This document shows, in pieces, positions 11,270 through 19,384 of a DNA stretch of 19,384 nt. The notes below the pieces were generated by a model, which saw only the letters and a list, made by a program, of their open reading frames with translations, ran no database searches and had not been told where the DNA came from. Position numbers and translations under genes: made by a program. The stretch is taken from positions 1-19,384 of the forward strand of contig JAQGDQ010001954.1 of NCBI GenBank assembly GCA_030141605.1, written 5' to 3'. The DNA comes from Tubiluchus corallicola (Eukaryota > Animalia > Priapulida). Each line of letters starts with the position of its first letter. The first letter of the stretch is position 1.

Positions 11270-12646
11270 ATAATCACATCAGTGAATGTAAGACTGTTCC
11301 ATGCCATGAGATCATGACAATCACATCAGTGAATGTAAGACTGTTCCATGCCATGAGATCAAGACAATCACATCAGTGCATGCAACACTACTCCATGCCA
11401 TGAGATCAAGACAATCACATCAGTGCATGCAACACTGCTCCATGCCATGAGATCATGACAATCACATCAGTGCATGCAACACTGCTCCATGCCATGAGAT
11501 CATGACAATCACATCAGTGCATGCAACACTGCTCCATGCCATGAGATCATGACAATCACATCAGTGCCTGCAAGACTGTTCCATGCCATGAGATCAAGAC
11601 AATCACATCAGTGCATGCAACACTGTTCCATGCCATGAGATCAAGCAATCACATCAATGCATGCAACACTGTGTCATGCCATGAGATCATGACAATCACA
11701 TCAGTGCATGCAACACTGTTCCATGCCATGAGATCAAGACAATCACATCAGTGCATGCAACACTGTGTCACGCCATGAGATCATGACAATCACATCAGAG
11801 CATGCAACACTGTGTCACGCCATGAGATCATGACAATCACATCAGAGCATGCAACACTGTGTCACGCCATGAGATCATGACAATCACATCAGAGCATGCA
11901 ACGCTGTGTCATGCCATGAGATCATGACAATCACATCAGAGCATACAACACTGTGCCATGCCACAAGGTCAAGCAATCACATCAGTGCATACAACACTGT
12001 GCCATGCCACAAGGTCAAGACAATCACATCAGTGCATACAACACTGTGCCATGCCACAAGGTCAAGACAATCACATCAGAGCATGCAACACTGTGTCACG
12101 CCATGAGATCATGACAATCACATCAGAGCATGCAACACTGTGTCATGCCATGAGATCATGACAATCACATCAGAGCATGCAACACTGTGTCACGCCATGA
12201 GATCGTGACAATCACATCAGAGCATGCAACACTGTGTCACGCCATGAGATCATGACAATCACATCAGAGCATGCAACACTGTGTCATGCCATGAGATCAT
12301 GACAATCACATCAGAGCATGCAACACTGTGTCATGCCATGAGATCATGACAATCACATCAGAGCATGCAACACTGTGTCACGCCATGAGATCATGACAAT
12401 CACATCAGAGCATGCAACACTGTGTCACGCCATGAGATCATGACAATCACATCAGAGCATGCAACACTGTGTCACGCCATGAGATCATGACAATCACATC
12501 AGAGCATGCAACACTGTGTCATGCCATGAGATCATGACAATCACATCAGAGCATGCAACACTGTGTCATGCCACAAGGTCAAGCAATCACATCAGAGCAT
12601 GCAACACTGTGTCACAGCCACGAGGTCAAGTCAATCACATCAGTGA
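11270..12646 (+). repeat. 45-47-bp minisatellite, about 29-30 copies (gacaatcacatcagagcatgcaacactgtgtcacgccatgagatcat)
   Basis: Direct periodicity; sequence variants are clustered along the array. Confidence 0.95.
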
Positions 12647-12742
12647 AGAAACACACCCCTATACTACATGATTTAATCCCACTACAAGCTCTGGTAGTCT
12701 GTTACCCACGACAATGTCATGTAAATCATAATGTCCGCTTAC

Positions 12743-12974
12743 CAGTTTCTGTCTTAAACATGACTGGCGTGGATCTTCTACCCTCAACTTGTTTTCCATA
12801 TTCTCCTGCTGTGACTGCTATAGCAACAAAGTAGTAAGCGTTACGCTCTAGATTCTCAAGAGCGTGGATGGCTTCTCCACGACTAAATAACCGATTATGT
12901 ACGAGCTGCCACTCAGGTTCCAAAGCTTTTCTGAGGTAGACCAGCGTTTGTACGTAGTGAGAACTGGCAGTGCC
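12743..12974 (-). CDS. Exon: C-terminal part of the fibronectin type III domain
   Basis: Acceptor ttttttccag|GGC and donor ACTG|gtaagc; phase 0-1. Peptide includes HALENLERNAYYFVAIAVTAGEYG...STPVMFKT (FN3 LxxxxxY motif and terminal FxT). Confidence 0.85.
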
Positions 12975-13092
12975 CTGGAAAAAAACTGGCAATAATATCT
13001 AATTCGTTTATGATTTTGTTTTTCAAATTGCTTCTAACAAGGCCAGTTTTCAGATTGCTTCTAACAAGGCCAGTAATCGCACACAAAAATAA

Positions 13093-14599
13093 AAATGGTC
13101 AAAAAGTAAACACAAATAGGAAAAGGTAAAGACAAATGGTCAAAAATAATCACAAATGGTCAAAAAGTAAACACAAATGGTCAAGAAGTAAACCCAAATA
13201 GGCAAAAGGTAAACACAAATGGTCAAAAATAATCACAAATGGTCAAAAATACACACAAATGGTCACAACGTAAACACAAATGGTCACAAAGTAAACACAA
13301 ATGGTCACAAATTAAACACAAATGGTCACAAAGTAAACACAAATGGTCACAAATTAAACACAAATGGTCACAAAGTAAACACAAATGGTCACAAAGTAAA
13401 CACAAATGGTCACAAAGTAAACACAAATGGTCACAAAGTAAACACAAATGGTCACAAAGTAAACACAAATGGTCACAAATTAAACACAAATGGTCACAAA
13501 GTAAACACAAATGGTCACAAAGTAAACACAAATGGCCAAAAATTAAACACAAATGGTCACAAAGTAAACACAAATGGTCACAAAAAAACACAAATGGTCA
13601 CAACGTAAACACAAATGGTCACGAAGTAAACACAAATGGTCACAAAAAAACACAAATGGTCAAAAAGTAAACACAAATGGTCACAAACAAAACACAAATG
13701 GTCAAAAAGTAAACACAACACACACGAATGGTCACAAAGTAAACACAAATGGCCAAAAATTAAACACAAATGGTCACAAAGTAAACACAAATGGTCACAA
13801 AGTAACCACAAATGGTCACAAAGTGAACACAAATGGTCACAAATTAAACACAAATGGTCACAAATTAAACACAAATGGTCACAAAGTAACCACAAATGGT
13901 CACAAAGTAAACACAAATGGTCACAAAGTAACCACAAATGGTCACAAAGTAAACACAAATGGTCACAAAGTAACCACAAATGGTCACAAAGTGAACACAA
14001 ATGGTCACAAACAAAACACAAATGGTCAAAAAGTAAACACAAATGGTCACAAACAAAACACAAATGGTCAAAAAGTAAACACAAATGGTCAAAAAGTAAA
14101 CACAAATGGTCAAAAAGTAAACACAAATGGTCACAAAGTAAACACAAATGGTCAAAAAGTAAACACAAATGGTCACAAACAAAACACAAATGGTCAAAAA
14201 GTAAACACAAATGGTCACAAACAAAACACAAATGGTCACAAAGTAAACACAAATGGTCACAAAGTGAACACAAATGGTCAAAAGTAAACACAACACACAC
14301 GAATGGTCACAAAGTAAACACAAATGGTCACAAATTAAACACAAATGGTCACAAACAAAACACAAATGGTCAAAAAGTAAACACAAATGGTCACAAACAA
14401 AACACAAATGGTCAAAAAGTAAACACAAATGGTCACAAACAAAACACAAATGGTCAAAAAGTAAACACAAATGGTCACAAACAAAACACAAATGGTCACA
14501 AACAAAACACAAATGGTCACAAAGTAAACACAAATGGTCAAAAAGTAAACACAAATGGTCAAAAAGTAAACACAAATGGTCAAAAAGTAAACACAAGTG
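13093..14599 (+). repeat. 21-bp minisatellite, about 70 copies (aaatggtcacaaagtaaacac)
   Basis: Direct periodicity; explains all ORFs at 13219-14726. Confidence 0.97.
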
Positions 14600-14638
14600 G
14601 CTCGTACTGCCTAGAAAATTTAAAACTTCAAATCACAC

Positions 14639-14727
14639 CTTATATATTGTTGATTCGTCCCAATTTATATTTGCTGATTTTCCTGTAATGTTGGTCACCC
14701 TTGGGGGATCTTTTAGATATGGATGAG
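14639..14727 (-). CDS. Exon: N-terminal part of a fibronectin type III domain (not in ORF track)
   Basis: Acceptor aatttcatttcag|CT and donor AAG|gtgtga; 89 nt, phase 1-0, which bridges the WSC exon (ends phase 1) and the next exon (starts phase 0). Peptide AHPYLKDPPRVTNITGKSANINWDESTIYK has the FN3 A/B-strand pattern. Confidence 0.8.
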
Positions 14728-15163
14728 CTGAAATGAAATTGTTGTGATAATGAGAATTAATGGTAGCAATGTATAGGAAACAATTTGATGATATACATTT
14801 TGTTATGCAGTTATTGCTATAATGAAAGTAAGTGTTTTTAAGATTTAGACTTAGCAGAAAGTTGTAGTATCTTAGGGAGGTGCTGCCGTCTTTTGGTTGT
14901 TTGCCTGTAAAATTGATTGACCTATTTCTTAAGCTGTTTACTGTACTATCTATTTACATACCATTTACTGGGTTTCAACTAGAGTTAATGATGTGTAACA
15001 GGAGTCCTGGCTATTGTATGTTAGGCAGTAGTAGTTCGGGTTTCATACTCTGCTGGTAAAGTTCAGATTTCAAATTTCATAATGTAGTTTGTTAAAGTAT
15101 GTTTGCTTCAAATTATATTTTGTGGTTTTTTTATTTACCTAAACTGAGGTTAGTGCTTTAAAT

Positions 15164-15381
15164 TGTGTAACGTGGTGTGGTGTGATGTGTGTGTGTGTGC
15201 GTGTGCGTGCGTGCGTGCGTGCGTGTGTGTGTGTGTGTGTTTGTAGTATGTTGTTGTGTAACGTGGTGTGGTGTGGGTGGTATAATATAGGTGGCGCTTT
15301 GTGGGTGGTGTGATGTGTCTGTGTGTTGTTCTGTAACGTGATATGGTTTGATTGGTATGATATAGGTAGTGTTTTGAGGGT

Positions 15382-15419
<38 letters not shown>

Positions 15420-15443
15420 CGTGTGTGTGTGTGCGTGCATGCG

Positions 15444-15474
<31 letters not shown>

Positions 15475-15888
15475 AACGTGGTATGGTTTGATTGGTAAGA
15501 TATAGGTAGTGTTTTGAGGGTGGTGTGTGTGTGTGTGCGTGCGTGTGCGTTGTGTAACGTGGTGTGGTGTGGGTGGTATGATATAGGTGGTGCTTTGTGG
15601 GTGGTGTGATGTGTCTGTGTGTTGTTCTGTAACGTGGTATGGTTTGATTGGTAAGATATAGGTAGTGTTTTGAGGGTGGGTGTGTGTGTGTGTGTGTGTG
15701 CGCGTGTGTGTGTGTGTGCGTGTGTGTGTGTGTGTGCGTGTGTGCGTGTGTGTGTGTGTAACGTGGTATGGTTTGATTGGTAAGATATAGGTAGTGTTTT
15801 GAGGGTGGTGTGTGTGTGCGTGCGTGCGTGTGTTGTGTAATGTGGTGTGGTGTGGGTGGTATGACACAGGTGGCGTTTCGTGGGTGTT
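15164..15888 (+). repeat. GT-rich complex repeat with ~290-bp higher-order structure (A-B-B-A-B-B-A) interleaved with (GT)n/(GCGT)n
   Basis: tgtaacgtggtgtggtgtgggtggta (A) at ~15257, 15553 and 15836; tgtaacgtggtatggtttgattggtaagatatagg-like (B) four times. Confidence 0.85.
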
Positions 15889-15913
15889 TTGGCTAGTTAA
15901 TCATAGCACTCAC

Positions 15914-16099
15914 CTCTATTTGTCTGGTAGACGCTCAAGTAGCCATCAAAACCACCACATATGGCAAAATTTTGTCGTCCTGTAAAGGCACCACCACACA
16001 CGGTATCACAGAATTGCTCATCCACTACTGACGCGTTCACGGGTGCGTCGAAGGCGCATACGCATTCATCGTAACCAGCTAATACTGCAAAATTTATTC
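15914..16099 (-). CDS. Exon of a WSC-FN3-Ig cell-surface/secreted protein: C-terminal half of a WSC domain
   Basis: Acceptor ttgtttttag|GA and donor AGAG|gtgagt; 186 nt, phase 1-1. Peptide GINFAVLAGYDECVCAF...EQFCDTVCGG...AICGGFDGYLSVY fits the WSC pattern (ECxC...CxxxCxG...CGG...SVY). Confidence 0.85.
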
Positions 16100-16166
16100 C
16101 TAAAAACAAGCAACATGCGCATTGTGATTATTACCATAATAAATTAATGCCTTGCGCTGTGGTGTG

Positions 16167-16205
16167 GTTGACCAGCTGACCAGTTGACCAGTTGACCAGC
16201 TGACC
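16167..16205 (+). repeat. 8-bp tandem repeat (gYtgacca) x5
   Basis: gttgaccagctgaccagttgaccagttgaccagctgacc. Confidence 0.85.
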
Positions 16206-16219
16206 TCCAACATGTGGAT

Positions 16220-16330
16220 CAGGGCCGGCCTTAAGCATAGGCAAACTAGGCAACCGCCTAGGGCCTCACCCTCCAGAGGGGCCTCACGCCGAGGTAACAT
16301 TTTTTTTGCTTTATGCGAACATGCTGCCTC

Positions 16331-16361
<31 letters not shown>

Positions 16362-16484
16362 CCTCTCTCTCTCTCTCTCTGTCCCTCCTCTCCTCTCCTC
16401 TCCTCTCTCTCTCTCTCCCCCTCCTCTCCCCTCTCCCCCTCTCCCTCTCTCTCTTTCTCTCTCACTCTCTCTCTCTCCCTCGCG

Positions 16485-16560
<76 letters not shown>

Positions 16561-16718
16561 CCTCTCTCTCTCTCTCTCTCCCTCCTCTCCTCTCCTCTCC
16601 TCTCTCTCTCTCTCCCCCTCCTCTCCCCTCTCCCCCTCTCCCTCTCTCTCTTTCTCTCTCACTCTCTCTCTCTCCCTCGCGCTCTCCTCTCTCTCTCTCT
16701 CTCTCTCCCCCCTCTCTC

Positions 16719-16758
<40 letters not shown>

Positions 16759-16903
16759 CCCTCTCTCTCTCTCGCTCTCTCACTCTCTCTCTCGTAAATT
16801 GCGTAATTTTATTTTTTTCGTTCTTATTTTTTATTTTTCTGTTTCATTTGGGGCCACCAAATTCACTTCGCCTAGGGCCTCCAATTACCTAAGGCCGGCC
16901 CTG
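16220..16903. mobile_element. hAT-like MITE with an internal (CT)n expansion
   Basis: Perfect 14-bp TIRs CAGGGCCGGCCTTA / TAAGGCCGGCCCTG; flanking direct repeat TGTGGAT (16213-16219, 16904-16910); subterminal cgcctagggcctc at both ends. Confidence 0.85.
16327..16793 (+). repeat. Polypyrimidine (CT)n tract with an internal ~200-bp duplication
   Basis: The block ending ...ctttctctctcactctctctctctccctcgcgctctcc occurs at ~16383-16490 and ~16581-16688. Confidence 0.95.
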
Positions 16904-17592
16904 TGTGGATGCTTGAAGCACAAGAAAACCCTTCATAAACATAAAGCTTACAAAATTCGTTTTGAAATTTTATATCACTTACATACTGCCTTTTTGCATG
17001 CAGGACTTCAATCGGCAGTCACGCTGTATAAAACATTTGTGTAAATTTAAACTCCCGCGATGATCGTTAGATGCAGCCATTTTCACAACAGGTCATTTGA
17101 AACAAGTTTAGATAACATTTTGTAAAGTTTGAAAAAATAATCAGAGCATTCGTAGCACACACGTCACTAACTAAATAAAATTTAAAATTACTGTATCTTG
17201 TCAATAATATTAAAAATACGTTTTTGGTTAGTGAGTGGTGACCCTGGAGGGTGAGTCAGCGACATTTTACCAATTGATGAAAACATTTTAAATAATTAAT
17301 AATTTTCTTTTCTAGTTACATAAGTCTTTCTAGTAGGTAAGGGAAAATCTAAGTAACATAGATTTGCACGGAAAGTCTGGAAACATAATTTAACATTGCC
17401 TTTTCTTCCCTTGATTTACGTTTGGTACATGACGTCATGTAATGGCGACTTCGGAACAGTATTGAGGGAGATTTAAAATGAAAACAAACTAAAATTGCTT
17501 TCAGTGCGAGTACGATATGTACATAAAATTGCTGTAAAGTAGTATAATTTTTAAGGCGATTTTTCTGAAACCTACTTCAGGTACCCCTTTTC

Positions 17593-17740
17593 TTGTCCCT
17601 TAATCCCTTCACAGACGAAGGAACTGATCATTGTGATGCTCTTTTGGAGCTTCGAGCGGATTATTCACTGAAAGGAGTTTTCAAAACGTTTAGCCATCCC
17701 ATGAATTTCTGGGCTACCCTGCTTGATATTCCAGAGAGAA
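17593..17740 (+). pseudogene. Fragment resembling a hAT (Buster/ZBED5/FAM200-like) transposase C-terminal region
   Basis: LNPF...DALLELRADYSLKGVF...MNFWATLLDIPE resembles the NPF...LIEL..D..LK..F...FW......PE pattern preceding the hAT dimerisation motif (recalled pattern, not a database hit). It breaks off where the ribozyme array starts. Confidence 0.5.
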
Positions 17741-17742
17741 TT

Positions 17743-17876
17743 TTTTCAGTAGCTTTCACCCTAGCGGGCCTCATCAGCTGAATAGAAAGTGTTGCTAACT
17801 TCAATGTCTTTATAGTCTCAAAGATTATAATGTTTATTCACGAGCTTTCACCCATGCGGGCCTCATCAGCTGAAAA
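17743..17876 (-). ncRNA. Tandem pair of minimal type I hammerhead ribozyme motifs (predicted double hammerhead)
   Basis: Minus strand reads ttttcag-CTGATGA-G-GCCC-gcat-GGGT-GAAAGCTC-gtgaata and, 92 nt later, tattcag-CTGATGA-G-GCCC-gcta-GGGT-GAAAGCTA-ctgaaaa. Confidence 0.8.
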
Positions 17877-17926
17877 GAAAGTGTTTTTAACCCGAAAATC
17901 AGTTATGAAGATTTAGTCCTCTCCCA

Positions 17927-19384
17927 GTTTACCAGCACTTTCTATTCAGCTGATGAGGCCCGCTAGGGTGAAAGCTCGTGAATAAACATCATAATCCTTG
18001 AGACTATAAAGACTTTGAAGTTACCATCACTTTCTATTCAGCTGATGAGGCCCGCTAGGGTGAAAGCTACTGAATGAACATCATAATCCTTGAGACTATA
18101 AAGACTTTGAAGTTACCATCACTTTCTATTCAGCTGATGAGGCCCTCTAAGGTGAAAACTCGTGAATAAACATCATAATCCTTGAGACTATAAAGACTTT
18201 GAAGTTACCATCACTTTCTATTCAGCTGATGAGGCCCGCTAGGGTGAAAGCTCGTGAATAAACATCATAATCCTTGAGACTATAAAGACTTTGAAGTTAC
18301 CACCACTGTCTATTCTGCTGATGAGGCCCGCTAAGGTGAAAACTCGTGAATAAACATCATAATCCTTGAGACTATAAAGACTTTGAAGTTACCATCACTT
18401 TCTATTCAGCTGATGAGGCCCACTAGGGTGAAAGCTCGTGAATAAACATCATAATCCTTGAGACTATAAAGACTTTGAAGTTACCATCACTTTCTATTCA
18501 GCTGATGAGGCCCGCTAGGGTGAAAACTCGTGAATAAACATCATAATCCTTGAGACTATAAAGACTTTGAAGTTACCATCACTTTCTATTCAGCTGATGA
18601 GGCCCACTAGGGTGAAAGCTCGTGAATAAACATCATAATCCTTGAGACTATAAAGACTTTGAAGTTACCATCACTTTCTATTCAGCTGATGAGGCCCTCT
18701 AAGGTGAAAACTCGTGAATAAACATCATAATCCTTGAGACTATAAAGACTTTGAAGTTAGCATCACTTTCTATTCAGCTGATGAGGCCCGCTAGGGTGAA
18801 AGCTCGTGAATAAACATCATAATCCTTGAGACTATAAAGACTTTGAAGTTACCATCACTTTCTATTCAGCTGATGAGGCCCGCTAGGGTGAAACCTCGTG
18901 AATAAACATCATAATCCTTGAGACTATAAAGACTTTAAAGTTAGCAACACTTTCTAATCAGCTGATGAGGCCCGCAAGGGTGAAAGCTCGTGAATAAACA
19001 TCATAATCTTTGAGACTATAAAGACTTTAAAGTTAGCAACACTTTCTAATCAGCTGATGAGGCCCGCAAGGGTGAAAGCTACTGAATAAATATTATAATC
19101 TTTGAGACTATAAAGACTTTGAAGTTACCATCACTTTCTATTCAGCTGATGAGGCCCTCTAAGGTGAAAACTCGTGAATAAACATCATAATCCTTGAGAC
19201 TATAAAGACTTTAAAGTTAGTAACACTTTCTAATCAGCTGATGAGGCCCGCAAGGGTGAAAGCTCGTGAATAAACATCATAATCTTTGAGACTATAAAGA
19301 CTTTAAAGTTAGCAACACTTTCTAATCAGCTGATGAGGCCCGCAAGGGTGAAAGCTACTGAATAAATATTATAATCTTTGAGAC
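17927..19384 (+). ncRNA. Tandem array of 92-bp units, each with a minimal type I hammerhead ribozyme motif (16 copies, runs off the window)
   Basis: CTGATGA at 17950, 18042, 18134, 18226, 18318, 18410, 18502, 18594, 18686, 18778, 18870, 18962, 19054, 19146, 19238 and 19330. Each is followed by a stem II (mostly GCCC-N4-GGGT), GAAA and CTC/CTA, and flanked by stem I strands tattcag / (c/g)tgaata. Confidence 0.85.

Noticed and set aside
13219-14726. Long ORFs (up to 350 aa) of HKWSQSK / NTNGHKV / CDHLCLL repeats
   Set aside because: Read-through of a stop-poor 21-bp minisatellite, open in several frames on both strands, lying in an intron.
15139-17044. HT-rich, ER-rich and SL-rich ORFs
   Set aside because: Products of (GT)n and (CT)n tracts.
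16940-17592. Possible Kolobok/piggyBac-like non-autonomous remnant (also ~9560-9826), or the missing first WSC exon
   Set aside because: No matching pair of termini or TSD found, and no exon with the WSC N-terminal YxGC/CxxxC pattern in the right phase.
11270-19384. Regularly spaced repeats as CRISPR arrays
   Set aside because: No unique spacers, no cas genes, and a spliceosomal-intron eukaryotic context.

Overview
Eukaryotic (probably invertebrate animal), AT-rich, repeat-dense genomic DNA. A minus-strand multi-exon gene fragment runs through most of the window. Seven phase-compatible exons, plus a possible 24-nt micro-exon, encode WSC - FN3 - Ig(V-like) - Ig(C2-like) - Ig(I-like); the start and end of the gene were not found in the window. 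Its introns hold distinct mini/microsatellites and MITE-like remnants. Two structures stand out. (1) From about 17744 to the window end is an array of 92-bp units, each carrying a minimal type I hammerhead ribozyme motif: 16 copies on + and 2 inverted copies on -. The stem I strands of the inverted pair match better in the cross-paired double-hammerhead fold than as monomers. (2) An inverted duplication of at least 1.6 kb (1-~1640 vs ~5224-6859) makes an antisense copy of one Ig exon and brackets the next Ig exon. Nearly all long ORFs in the supplied track are read-throughs of simple repeats.
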